The notes beneath the pieces are model-generated. The model was not told the origin of the DNA, made no database searches, and saw only the letters and a program-made list of their open reading frames with translations. From the NCBI GenBank assembly GCA_030390025.1, contig CM059432.1, positions 90,956,001 through 91,020,000 of the forward strand: a DNA stretch of 64,000 nucleotides, written 5' to 3'. Below, one piece after another: positions 39,351 to 52,820 of the stretch. The DNA comes from Squalus acanthias (Eukaryota). Numbering within the stretch: the first letter of the stretch is position 1; each line of letters begins with the position of its first letter. The position numbers were made by a program, and so were the translations under genes.

Positions 39351-39448
39351 CATTACTACGCTTGGCTGTTTCACTTGCCTTTTATATTTCCCTGTAATAC
39401 CAATAGATACCACTCTAAACCGAGTTCTTTGGTTAATTTTAAGACTGA

Positions 39449-42280
39449 GGCCTAGAAATTCCCTACCTTATCACCACGAGTTACCGCCGCAATCCTGGAA
39501 AAGAATGGTGGATGCCACTCTAACGCCCTTCTCCGGTGCGGGACTCGGTGGCCGTCATTTTGGTGAGGGCCTTAGTGCTGCCAATAGCAGCACTGGTCTT
39601 GGAGATACAAATATGGAGAGCGTGACGTCACACACCGACTTAACGTTACGCTCTGCGAACTTGGACCGTTGCACTGAGTTTAGCGCTGGGTCCTAAGCTG
39701 GCTTTTTGTGCAGCAGACTGACACAGACACGGGGCTGGATTTTCCCTGCAGAGGCGGGATGGCGGCGGGAGAGCTGGTTGGTGGTTTCTGGTCCCGCTCT
39801 CATCTGCAGCAGCTCTCTCAAAAAGATTTTCCGTAGATTGGCCTTGTTAAGCCCGTCCTGCAGGGTTCCTGGCCAATTAACAGGAAGCGGTCTGATGACG
39901 TCATTTGATGACGCATCATCAGCCGGTTTCCTTAAAGGGGCCACGGCCACATTGATTTTGACAGTTGTGCTGTCAGTGTTCTACAGCATTGAGGTGCTGC
40001 AAACACTGACAAGCACTGCACAAAGGTGCACGTCTGCACCCAGGCTCACGCATGACTCCCTCCATATGCTTATGGAGGGAGTCACAGCACGCAGGGAGAT
40101 TCTCTTCCTTCCCATGGAGATCAACGCAGTCTGGTTGCACATTGCACAGGAGGACACAAGCAGGGATGTCGTCAGGAGTGCCTTGTTGCAGTGGCGCCAA
40201 CCTTTCAATGATCTCAGCAGATCACGAAACGTTACTGCAATGCCACACTCAAACTCACTCTGCTGTGCCACTCATCGCATCCCCATCACTCTGCCTTCCA
40301 TACCCTTCTCCTGCACATCCTTACTCACACCAACTTACCTTGCACTTCCACCATCCCTTTCTATCTACATTATCACTTCCCCATCTCACTAGCCACCCCT
40401 CACACTTACCCTCATCCTACTGCAAGCAAAACAACTAACAACACACAAGGGTAGGCACTTGAGAGGTTTAGCCAATGTTCATGTGAAGTTTCTGGTAATG
40501 TGTTGTCAAACAGTGAAATCTATATTTTCAGCACTTCACCTTATTGGACAGATCTGTGCACACCTTGAGCAGTGTCTTACTGAGTTCCAGTGAATGTTGA
40601 GACATAACTTCCCCCCTCCCACCCCGCCCCCCACTATAGTGATGAGTGTGAATGGAATGGCTTGGACATTGTAGGGATGCTTTACGGTGCTGGTGTGGGA
40701 TGGTGTCAACCTGGCGCCTCATGTGGCAGCCAGGATGTACAGCGTCAAGTGAAATAAATCTGGCCATGGTGATGCCATCGCTGGCCTCCCAGGCAGCAAT
40801 GCTGTCAGGGGCTGATGCCCTGTGTCCTGTGCAGCATCAGGTGATGGCGGAGAATGTTGGTGTGCCTGGTGATGTTGGTGTTGGGGCTGATCGTGGAAGG
40901 ATTCAGAGGACGAAGGTGTGATTTTTTCAAGTGCACCAATGTTGCTGGAATAGATGGCATCTGCAAGTGAGATGACAGAAGTGATCTGTCAATGGTGAGA
41001 GAGGTTGTTCCAATGAGGTGGTACTGGATATACAGTTGGATCTAAACACTTGCAAGCTAAGGAAATCTCTATATGTATTACAACTGCAGTAACCAACAAT
41101 TTCTGAGCTCTGAAACTTTATACCACTTCTGCCGCTGTCAGGTTATCAGATAAATCAAAGCAGACTCAACTCACAACAGGGTGAGCTGGCGTGTTCCCCG
41201 AGCAGCGGGTAACCTGTGGGGGAGCACATAAAATTGCAAGGTTGGCTCAAAATAACATTAAATTGGCTGTTAACAAGCCATTTAATGAGCTAAGTTGTCT
41301 CCCCCACCGCTTGGTGTCGGGTCAGTTCTGCACACAGACCCGACACCTGGGAGACTCGCGTGGAGGCGGGTTGACAGCAGGTTTCCTACCCGCTGTCAAT
41401 CTTTGCTATTTTGACAGCGGACCTGCCTCCAAACCCACACTCTGAGCCATGGCAAAATTCAGCCCGCTGTGTCAGCACTTCTTAAAGGGACACACACATC
41501 TTTCAGGTAAGGTTGCATTTAAGCTTTTAGACTGGATTTTTTCATATTTTATTGAAGTAGTGGCTTGGTGCAATACATGTTAAAAGTTTTTGAAGCGTGC
41601 AGCTGGATGCTTGCAAGGCTTCGGATGGTAAAGGAAGGCCTCTGAGAAGACAGAAAATTCTGGAAATACTCAGCAGGTCAGGCAGCAGCGGTGGAGAGAG
41701 AAACAGAGTTCATGGCTCAGGTCAAGATGCTGCCTGACCTGATGAGTATTCCTAGCATTTTCTGCATTTATTTCAGATTTACAGCATCCGCTCGCAGAGG
41801 GAAGAGGAAGACGCAGAAGAAGAAGTCGCAGAAGAGGATGAAGCCAAAGAGGAGGAAGCAGAAGAGGAGAAAGCAGATGGAAGGATGAAACCCAGACAGC
41901 CCCTTTGTGGCCAAGATATCCGAGATGGAATGATCCGCCTGTGGTACCAGTAACCACAGCCCCAATTCCCCTTTCAACATTTGGCCCACACCTTACCTTC
42001 CCTCTGTTACTGACCATCACAGCGTCCTCTTGGCCACAATGCCACCACAAAGCAAACTTTCCAATCCAACTTTAAGCATGTATCCATCCAATATGACATC
42101 AAGAAATCAACTAATCACCCTTATGCATTCCCTTAGTGACTGACTTGTGTGTGCCTTTGCCTATCCTGCTGATGCCACCCCAATGGCTGCAGCATGCCTG
42201 GTGGAAGACTGCTGATTTTCAGTGGGGAACGCTGCAAATGGCCCACAAAATGCACCAAGGTAAGTTGAATTTCTCCCCCC
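39449..42280. mobile_element. Non-autonomous Harbinger (same lineage as 31639-33731, opposite orientation) with a nested element
   Basis: Ends are 'ggcctagaaatt' and 'gaatttctcccccc'. Region 41466-42130 aligns to the reverse complement of ~32840-33435. Confidence 0.8.
39732..41465 (+). mobile_element. Non-autonomous Harbinger family B, copy 1 (nested)
   Basis: TIRs gggctggatttt / aaaattcagccc. Degenerate Myb/SANT exon APRLTHDSLHMLMEGV..RREIL..W..IA...QWRQPFNDL. Confidence 0.8.
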
Positions 42281-43039
42281 TAGTTCAATAGCATTTAACC
42301 TCATTTCATCTCAGTGCCTTTTTTTAACTTGTGTGAATACAGTTTGCTTAAAAACACAACCCTTAAACTCATTTTTGTTATGTCCTTTCTGTTGAAAAAC
42401 AGTGAACAAATTCCAAAACCTGGCAATAACAAACAAGTAAAAATATTTATTCCCCCTAAGGCCTAACCTTCATCAGCTTGTGGTTAGAGTTTGGCTCTGG
42501 GGCTGCTAATTGTGCTTTAGACTGACACAGGTTAGCCCTTAGCATTGTAATGGGAGGTCTAATTTTAATGAGGCCTGTATCCCACTCCCATCCCCAATCA
42601 CTAGACACAGTGACATGGAGGCTGAGTGTAAGCGTGCCTGGGCCTAGCAGTGAATGAGATTGCTATCTCTCCAGATGGCAACACATTCACACCAGTTTGA
42701 CCCTGTGCCTCCCAATGATTTCACTGGAGACTGAAAGGAAGCAGGGCCAAGATGAACTTACAACAGTAGAAAGACAGCTTCAAGCAACTGTCTGGGGCCT
42801 ATGCTGCCTGAGTTCAAGCTACCTTGATCGCTGGGGCCTCTCAATGACATTCAACTGACGACAACTCTCACCACAGGGAATCCATTGAGAAGAAGCACCA
42901 GATTAGTTAGGAAAGCCCAATAGACAACCACTAACAGGAAGGGAAAGCAATGTGGCAATACACATTAGATTCAGGTACACTTCAAGGCTGAATAATAAGG
43001 TACTTATAAGTGAGGCCCACTTTAATTTGTTGATCTATC

Positions 43040-44043
43040 CTTGGCCTCCTCCTACTCCTCATCTACATGCTGCCCCTCAGCGACATCATCCAAAAACACA
43101 ACGTCAGATTCCACATGTACGCTGATGACACCCAGCTCTACGTCATCGCCACCTCATCTCGACACCTCCACTGTCTCTGATTTTTGACGCTGCTTGTCCG
43201 AAATCCAGTATTGGATGAGCAGAAATATCCTCCAATTAAATATTGGGAAGACCTAAGCCATTGTCTTTGATTCCTACCACAAACTCTGTTCCCTTTCCAC
43301 CGACTCCATCCCCCTCTCTGACCATGTCTGAGGCAAGACTGTTGACAACCTCGGCATCCTCTTTGGCCCTGAGCTGAGCTTCCAACCCCATATCTGCTCC
43401 ATCACCAAGATCGTTGACTTCCACCTCCATTGTATTGCCTGTCTCCACCCCTGCCTCAGCCCATCTGTTGCTGAAACTCTCATCCATGCTTTTGTTACTG
43501 CCAGACTCAACTGCCTCCCACCATCCACCCTCCGTACCTTTCAGCTCAACCAAAACACTGCTGCCCATATCCTAACTCTTACTACATCCTGTTCACCCAT
43601 CACTCCTGTGTTTGCTGACCTACATTGGGCCCCAGTCCGGCAACGTCTCAAATTTAAAATTCTCATCCTTGTGTTCAAATCACTCAATGGCCTCGCCTTT
43701 CCCGATCTTTATAACCTTCTCCAGCCCTACAACTCTCTGAGATCTCTGTGCTCCTCCAATTTTGGCCTCTTGTGCATCCTCGATTTTCATCACCCATGGG
43801 TGTGATGGGTGTGCCTTCAGCTGCGCACTAAGCTCTGGAATTCACTCCCTAAACCTCTTCACCTCTCCCTCCTCTATTAAGATGCTCCTTATAATCTATC
43901 TCTTTGACAAAGCTTTTGATCACCTGTCCTAATATCTTTGTATGTGCCTCGATGTCAACATTTTATCTGATAACGCTCCTATGAAGCGTCTTGGGACGTT
44001 TTATTACGCCAAAGGTGCTAGCTAAATGCAAGTTGTTGTTGTA
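43040..44043 (+). mobile_element. L2 LINE 3' fragment (older)
   Basis: Reads [10 protein letters not shown] and LHWAPVRQRLKFKIL, with tail 'aaatgcaag(ttg)n'. Confidence 0.88.
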
Positions 44044-44249
44044 AATGCTGCTGGACAGAGGGATGTTGTTGCTGAGACAGCAGTATTTTTTTCTAGGTGT
44101 TGTGGTTGCAAATGTACAAGTTCATAGGACAGAGAAGATGTTAGAACAAATGTTGGAGTCCTGTTAATAGTGAAGGTTCTTTCCGGACAATCTTCTATTC
44201 AACATTGTCTGCTGAATGTTCTAAAAGCTTGCAACAAGGCTGTTAATGT

Positions 44250-44950
44250 TGGCTTCACTCCCTCTTCTTGCTCCTCACAGATATCCTCCATTTTCTCTTC
44301 TGAAGACTTTTGCTATTGCTCCTCTAAGTCCATGCCTCTATCAATTGCTAAGTTGTGCAGCATGCAGCAGATGATAATAATCTTGGCAGGTTGGAATAGC
44401 ATGATGTCATCTGACCTGTCCAGGCACCGGAAGTGCATGCTTATAGTGTGGTCAATGATGGCTCTAGTGCAAGCATGGATATTGTTTTACTTGTTTTCTG
44501 CTGGTGTTTGAAGATGTTGCAGAGGGATTATGAGCCATGACAACAGCAGGTATCACTGGTTCTCCAAGAACCAACCCTTCATTTACTGGGTGTCTGCAAC
44601 AATGGGGACACTGGCTCAAAATGAACACATCATGTGTGCTGCCAGGGAACCTGGTATTCACCTGCATGATGGTATACCAATGGTCGCACAGAAATGGACA
44701 TTCACAAAGTAGAAAACTTTCCGATTCGTATTTGGGGTACTCCTTTGCAGAGTAGCACAAAGGCCTGGGAGTGACTGATGGCATGCAAGTGTCCTTTGTG
44801 TGGGAAAAACCTAAGTGCTCAGGCTTGCTTATCCCTGGTTCCATGGAGAAGCAAATGTATTGGCCAAATCTGGCAAGCAATGCATTGGTGACTCAGTGAA
44901 TGCACTGATCTACTATTGGATGGTAAATGTTAACTATGTCATCTTGTGCT
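44250..44950 (-). pseudogene. Highly decayed Harbinger transposase relic
   Basis: CDH...IMQVNTRFPGSTHDVFIL is followed by remnants of the R..I(E/D)HTI..LK.RFRCLD and C.MLHN motifs. Confidence 0.65.
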
Positions 44951-46711
44951 CCCGAGAAGTCCCCCGACGCAACATATTTCAACACCATCATCACCTTGAC
45001 TGACACTGACAGCACCATAACAGCCCTGCAGCATAGCTCAAAGTCTACGTGAAAAAGATTACATTACTCCCGTCTACCTCCCTGCTGAACCTCAGCATCT
45101 GAAAGCGCTGCTCCACAGTAAGATCCATATACATTCTACAGGGACAATAAATCTGGGCAATAAGTTAACACCAGGTAGGTAGGTACCCACCTCCAACTAT
45201 AAAGTCTGACCCTGACATTTAGAAGAGCTTTTCATTCATTATCCTCTTCTCCCTCTTCATTTATCAAGTACTGCAAAGGACTCCTCAGCTGAACTCGCTG
45301 TCTGTTACTTTAAAAGGATGTGCCATTCAGATAGTCTTTCAAATCTCAGTACCCACTTTTAATGGGGGCAGACTGCACTTGACTTGTGACCAGTGGAAAT
45401 AAATGAAAGCTAGTTACTAGCACTTGATATGTAATTTTAATTACAATGTCTCTTTGAAGTGCAGTGAAGCTCAGCAGAATCAGGACATATTGGGACAGCA
45501 CAGTGAAGACAGAGAGCTGGCATAACAGCTTGCTGCCCATTTTTTCTCTGTTTTGCACCCAAAACATAGGTGTAATTTAGGTAATCACCAGAGGGCTATC
45601 TGGGTCAATATCAGTAATGTAAATGTCTGTCTAATCCAATAATTATGCTCACCTTGTGCTCTAAGGAAAATCACCTTATGTGTAATGATTACCACTGTGT
45701 TGTGTTGTTAAGATCAACTTAATAGGAAACTTAGACAAATAATGCCTACAGTAGAATGAAAGGTTCAAGAAAATATTTCTAATTGCAAAATACTTGTTAA
45801 CTGTGACTTTTCTAATCAGTGCTACGTAGTCATATAAGGTGTAGATAGTTTAGGTGATTATAAACGACTCTAACCAACAACCTATACTGTAATATCCTGT
45901 AAACTGCTGCAGGAAAGAAAATTGTTCCCCCTCGCCCTACCTCATTTAGAAACAGCAGCAATAACATGCTCTAGAACTCTTTACCTAACTTAGCCATCAC
46001 TACTGGTTGGCAAGCAAATATATTTTTTAAAAACTGTTGTGTGTGTGTGTGTATACAGAGAGAGCTAACAGTGGGTATTATCCTAGAATAGTTATTACTT
46101 TAATGTCATTAAGTTCTCAGCTTCTCGGCATGGGTTAAAAAAACTTATAAACAAAATTGTGCAATGTTCGGAAACATGGCCGAGAGATAAAGCACATTTG
46201 TCTGTAAAGACATTGATGTTCTATTACCAGAGGAAATTTTTTTCAAGGAGCTGTTTTTAATACAAATGCACTTATTAAAAATAATAGCTCAGGGCTGATT
46301 CTGGCTAAGTAAAACAGAATTTGGCTTGATATTTTTGGCAGCAAGCCAGAAAAAATGTTCTGGGCCCCTTTTTTATTTTTTTGGTATGCTAACAATTACT
46401 GTACAGTTTTTGTTTAGACACTAGTTCACTGGCCTTGGCAACTTCCAAAATGCAGAGATATTGCCATTTGCTGTATCTTGGCAAAATAAAAGCATGCTTT
46501 GAAAGGAAATGTTTCAATGTGTTTTATTGCATTATAATTTTTAAACTGCCTTCAGCAGGGCTTTTTAATGCTTGCAGTACTGAATGTTTACATAAGTTGC
46601 AATCGATGTGCTGTCTGCCACTTAAACTGTAACAGTTCTAAAATATTACATGGCATTAAGCAGTAATGATTCTTTGAAAATTATGCTGCACAAATTATAG
46701 TTATACATGTA

Positions 46712-47597
46712 GGGGGAGAAATTCAGTATCGCCCCATTTGGGGCACAATTATCGGCCGGGCGCAAAGATTAGCGCCTGGCGCTAATTATCGCCTCCGACT
46801 GCAAACTTGACTTTTATCGCCCCTGGAGGTGATTGGAGCGCTAAATCAGGCGCTTCACACCTGTCTTAAAGCACAAAGGCCGAGGAGCGAGGCGCTACCT
46901 CAGAGCGCTGGCGAAGCTCATGTGATGTCAGTCAGCAATGGAACACACACACAATGGCGCCGGCCAGTTCTTAAAGGGGAGGGTTGATCTTGCTTTCCAT
47001 CCACATCCTGCTCATTGCAGCCTTGAATCTCGGCCTGGAGCGACCTGTACATCAAATCTGCTGGAAAGAACAGTGGAGAGGCCCAGGTGAAAGAGCTCAG
47101 AGTGCAGCCCCCACAGTCTCTTCTAAATCGATCCAAGGAAGGGCAAATCAAAATGAACCTGCAGAGTGCTGCTCAGTACCCAAAACTCCTTCACACAGCG
47201 TTGAATCTCTCCAGAAGTCTCTCTCTCAGAATGCGTGGTTCATAAATGTCACCAACAATAAAAGGCAGGAAGCGGTCGCTTTTAAATAGCGCTCCCCCAG
47301 TCCCTTCCTGACTGCAAAACGCTCCCCTCAACCTGTCGTTGCTAGCGGCAGGCAGTAAGGCAGGGGGCGCCACTCAATATCCGGTCCGGGGCACTACCGG
47401 GGCGTTGCGCACTCGACTGACGTCATGATCTGCTGGCGCATGAGATCGTGGCGGTAGTGTTTAGCGCCGCCGCAAAATGTCTAGTTAATTTCGCGAGCGG
47501 CGCAAACATTGCCGCGCCCGGGCGCTAGTTGCTTTGCGCCCCATTAGCGCCCTCTTAAGGTGCTAACGGGAGGCGCAACCAACTGAATTTTTCCCCC
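46712..47597 (-). mobile_element. Harbinger-derived MITE family A, copy 3 (inverted)
   Basis: TIRs gggggagaaattcag / ctgaatttttccccc with a GTA TSD. Reverse complement of 23566-24433. Confidence 0.92.
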
Positions 47598-48744
47598 GTA
47601 GTTCTGTAATTTTTCAGATAGATGTAATCTACTTCATTTTTCAATATCTAGATTTCATAATATCAAGACTAATTGAATCTTACTGAAACTTAAGAATTTA
47701 GGAAAATATGGAATAGAAAAGTCCATTTGGCCCATCAAGTTCATTCCTTGCACAAACCAATTTGCCCTACTATAGATCTACCCTATTTGATCTGCTGAGG
47801 GAAATGACTAAACACAGGTACAATTTTTAAGAAGTCAACCACTGTAAAAGCTCTCCCTACCTATTATGTGATTTTTTTCTAATTCTAGAATATAAGTGGA
47901 ATATTACGACCTTTATTATTTGACCCTCCATTCCACAGATGACATTTTCATGATCCCAGCAGTGCAGGTATCATCTTATCCCAGAGTGTATTTGTTCATC
48001 TGTCTATTCTTATCCTTATAACTTTCCATTGTAAACACAGAAATATTTACAACCAATTTTAAATGAGTTAATCAACACAGCTCTACTGCTCTATGAAGGA
48101 AAAAAACCTTCAAATTCCTAATTTCACTTGAGGATTGCTATTTTTGCACTTTTCTACACTAGTTCTGTGACAACAAGTTAAAGTTAAACATTCTGCTATG
48201 TGTGCATTATGTATACTCACTAAAAAAGCGAAACCTCAATTTACCTTTTACAGTTGAACATTTCAGTTCAGCATGTTTCTTTCTTCATGGCATAAAGCCC
48301 TGTATCGTACAATAATCCCAACCAGTCATCTCTGAACTCTGTTTTATGCATCAAAATCAATTTTGAAAGAATGTCCAACATTTTGCACAATATGCTAAAT
48401 ATAAATTTACCAGTGAGTTGTATAGAATTCTTGCCTGCAAGATCCACCATGGTACTTCTTTTTAGCGTAGCTACTCTTCAATTAATCCATGCACAATCAG
48501 ATTTTTCTCCTATTTTCTCCATTTCGTAAATTGTTTCAGGATCCATGCCTCTGTCACTGAGAGGAGAGGCCTGTTATCTTTTCCAAGACCACTTTTAACA
48601 ATATTCAGCAAGCTTCTGAGACCATGCAACAGCTTAATAAAGGCAATTTTTCCCCTTAGAGCCTCAGCACATTCCTGTGCAGCCTGTCTCAGAACTGATC
48701 AGTGGGGACTGGATACTTTCAGTGCAGAGTCAGTAACAATACCC

Positions 48745-49378
48745 AATGGCTTGGACAGGTACAAAAAGCAATCAAAAAGATTAATGGAATGTTGGCCTTT
48801 ATCTCAGGGGGCTGCAATACCATGGGGAGTAAGTTATGCTCCAGTTTTTTAGAGTTTTGGTCAGACCTCATCTGGAATACTACATACAGTTCTGGGCACT
48901 GCACCTCAGGCCTTGGAAGGAGTACAGCAGATTAGCCAGAATGATGCCAGGGCATAAACGGTTAAAATATGAGGACAGGTTGCATCAACTTGGCTTGTAT
49001 TCACTTGCATTTAGAAGGTTGAGGGGTGATGTAATCAATGTGTTTCAAGGGATTTGATTAGGTAGATACAGAGAAACTATTTCCTCCGGTTGGGGAATCC
49101 AGAACAATAATCTTAAAATTAGAGCTAGGCCATTTAGGAGTGAAATCAGGAAGTACTTTTTTCACAAAGAGGGTAGTGGAAATCTGAAACTCGCTCCCCA
49201 AAAGAGTGTGGATGCTGGGTCAACTGAAATTTTCATGACTGAGAACGATAGATTTTTGTTAAGTTAGGGTATCAAGGGATATGGAATAAAGGTAGCTAAA
49301 TGGAGTTGAAATACAGATCAGCCATGATCTAATTGAATGGCGAAACAGGCCTGTGGGGATGAAAGGCCGACTCCTGTT
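48745..49378 (+). mobile_element. CR1 3' fragment
   Basis: Reads LVRPHLEY and LGLYSLAFRRLRGDVI, followed by the CR1 3' UTR. Confidence 0.85.
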
Positions 49379-50253
49379 TATAGTTATAGATTGTACTCAT
49401 GTGGCTACACAAACCCGTACTGTCAACTCACGCTATTATGTCAAATAAAAGGGATTTCACTCCCTTCCTATCCAATTAGTGTGCAACTACAGGCACAGAT
49501 TTCTACACATCAATGCCAGTATGCAAGGAGTTGCCATTAATTATTCATCCTTTGGCAGTCCAGTATCTTTGCATTCTTTCAGAATGAAGGGGAAGGCTCT
49601 GGATGGCTTCTTGGAGACAAGGGATATCCAATAATACCATGGCTTCAAGCACCATTGAGAAGGCCCACCAATGAAGTGGAGGATTTCCACAACAAGGCTG
49701 ATGTCTGCACTGAAAATTGAACAGATTTAGTGTAATGCTGACTTGACGCTTGCCCTGCCATTTTCTTTCAACGAGCACGGGCCGATCGTACGTCGCAATT
49801 GCCGCACCCATTTTCGGGGCCTATCAAATTTAGGTCATCCCCCCAAGTGTCTGCTCCTCATCTAAACTATCTATATTCCACCACTCCCCCATGTGGGCTG
49901 GTGAGTGCAAATGAGAGGGTGAATGATGATATGAGCAAATTTCTGTTGATTGGTCCTCCTGTTGAGGAACCTGCCATTAGGTCACTTTCTCTCTTTGCTT
50001 CTTCTTCCCTACTTCCACCTCCTATGGATAGAAAAAGAAAAGAACTGCAATAAATTCCCTGCTAGCCACCATTTCCTACTGTTTTGCCCAGCAAAGGTTC
50101 TCCTCAGACTATGAATGGGAGAAAACCAAAATCATTTTAGAATCTGCTCAAATCAACTGGGTGCAGGACTCCCATATCTCCTTCTCCTATCACTCAACTG
50201 AGTGGGATCCCATTATCTCAATTGCTTTCTCTTCCTGCTGGGTTAATGACCAA

Positions 50254-51849
50254 GGGGGGAATTTTTTGGGGGTGTCAGCGGGCGCATTTGGTGGTGGGTT
50301 GGGTGGGGAAATTTTTTTTTGACAGCGGGTAAGGAACCCGCTGTCAACCCGCCACCATGATAGTTTTCCAGATGTCAGTCTGTCATTGCTGAACAGGCCC
50401 GACACCAAGTGGCGGGAGAGGCAATTTAGGTGATTAATAGCTTGTTAACAGCCACTTAAAAACTATTTTGAGCTCACCTTTAAATTTTACAAGGTCACCC
50501 AGGGTCCCGTGCTGCTCGGGGATCACGTCAGGTAAGCAGATTGGGAGTTGTGCTACCATGAAATCATCTCTTTACTTGACAGCTGCAAATGTGATATAAA
50601 AGCTCCCATCTCACAGCTGTTCGCTTTCCAAGGTCAGAAGCTGTTGCTTACTACATTTGGAAGACAGATTGAGCTTTATGCAGGTTGCAAGTAAACTCTG
50701 TATCCAGTGTCACCTCATTGGAACAACCACTCTCGCCAGTGACAGATCGCTTCTGTCATCTCAACTTCACCTGCCATCTATTCCAACAGCATCGGTGCCC
50801 TTGAAACTATCTCACCTTGGTCCTCAGAATCCCACCACGATCAGCCCCAACATCAGCAGCACCAACAACAACACCAACCTTCTCCGCAATCAACTGATGC
50901 TGCACAGGACACAGGGCATCAGCACCTGACCACATTGCTGGCCGGGAGGCTAGGGATGGCCACACCATAGCCAGATTTACTTCACTTGACGCTGTACCCC
51001 CTGGCTGACACATGATGCGCCAGGTTGGCACCATCCCATACCAACACCATAAAGCATCCCTACAATGCCCAAGCCATTCTTTTCACACTCATCACCATTG
51101 CGGGGGGTACCATTATGTCTTACCATTCACTGCAACTTACTAAGCCACTTCCAAAGGTGCACACAAATCTGTCCAAGAATGCAAAGTGTTGAAAATAAAG
51201 ATTTCAATGTTTGACAACACATTAACAGAAACTTCACATGAATATTGGCTAAAACACACAAGTGCCTACCCTTGTGTGTTGTTAGTTGGTATGATTGGAC
51301 TAGGATGAAGGCGATTGGACTAGGATGAAGGCGAGTGTGAGGGGTGGCTAGTGAGATGGGGATGTGAGTGGTACAGCAGGATGAGGTTGAGTGTGGCTTT
51401 GCAGTAACGTTTCGTGATCTACTGAGATCATTGAAAGGTTTGCGCCACTGCAGCCTGGTCCTCCTGACGACATCCCAGATTGTATCCTCCTGTGCAATGT
51501 GCAACCAGGTTGCATATAGAGGGAGTCATGGAGAGCCTGGGTGCAGCCGTGCACCTCTGTGCAGTGCTTGTCAGTGTTTGCAACACCTCAATGCTGTAGA
51601 ACACTGACAGCACAACTGTCAAAATCAATTTGCGCATGGTCCCTTTAAGAAAACCGGGTGATGACATGTCATCAAGTGACGTCATCAGACCCGCTTCCTT
51701 CAGTTGGCCGGCAAATGCGCTGGGTAGGCTTAACAAGCCCAATCAACGTAAAATCACTTAGGACAGCAGGCTGGAGCCAGCAGCGGGGTCGCAACCTGCC
51801 ACCGACCTCGGCCGCACCGGACCCGCTGAGGTAGGGGAAATCATGGCCC
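50254..51849 (-). mobile_element. Non-autonomous Harbinger family B, copy 2 (inverted)
   Basis: Reverse-complement alignment with 39732-41465 over most of its length, with degenerate G-rich and C-rich ends. Confidence 0.8.
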
Positions 51850-52580
51850 AAATGTCTGTTGCTCCTCCCCCTATAGCTCATTGTTCCCATGAATTATTAG
51901 CACTCTTTTTCCTGCATGAGAAGAGACTGGTTGTTACTTTCAGTAACAGACTGTTTTTTGATAAATATTGGAGAACATCACTTCTCTTATGGAATTCCCA
52001 TAGCTTCAAAGGGATTACATGCATTGCGGGATTCTCCAGTGATTAAAGTAATTGTTCCATGTAAAGCAGTCTGTACTGTTCATTTAATTCACATGCATAA
52101 TTCCTTAAGTTTGTTACTACACTTTTACAGCAAATATTGATCTGCAGTTAGGTTAACCTTGTGAAGTCAATAAACTTCTTCCTGCACTAGAGGGGTGTTC
52201 TGAGGGTTTGGGAGTTGCCAGTCACTGCCTGTGCCACCCCTTTCCATATGGTCCTGAACAGGCCTCTTGCCACCCACTCCCTCTATACCATCCTTCCTGT
52301 AACTAAACTCAGATAGAAAAATATTTGAATCATTCTTCTTACTGCTTCCTGTACTCGCCATGTCTTTACCTCACTACATACTGATTTTGCTTTAAGAGCA
52401 GTCCAGCTTTAAATGCTGCAGTTGTTCCCTTATATCCTTCCTTCCCCCACCCCTGCATTTTGCGGTCCTCCCGGTATAACAATCCTCCTCCCACTTCTTC
52501 AATTCAAGATGGCACTCTCTTTGCTGCTACCTCTCCTCCCCACCCCCACCCCATCAATACCTGCAGTCTCCATTTCCACC

Positions 52581-52820
52581 CCTCAGTTAATACTGGCACT
52601 CTCTTTCAGCCTGCTCTCAGTTAATACAGACACTTTCCTTCATTTCCCCCTCAGTGTATACTGGCATTCTCCTTCATCCCCCCCCCCCCCCACCACAGTT
52701 AATACTGGCAATTTCCTTAATTTCCCCCCTCAGTTTATACAGGCAATCTCCTTAGTTTCCCCCCAAGTTAATACAAGCACTCTCCTTCGTTTCGCCTCTC
52801 AGTTTATACCGGCACTCTCA
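52581..52820. repeat. Degenerate minisatellite, ~7 units of ~35-45 bp
   Basis: The core 'ctcagttaatactggcactctcctt' recurs, separated by C-rich spacers. Confidence 0.75.

Noticed and set aside
52581..52820. CRISPR array
   Set aside because: The context is eukaryotic, the repeats are degenerate, the spacers are short and low-complexity, and there are no cas genes.
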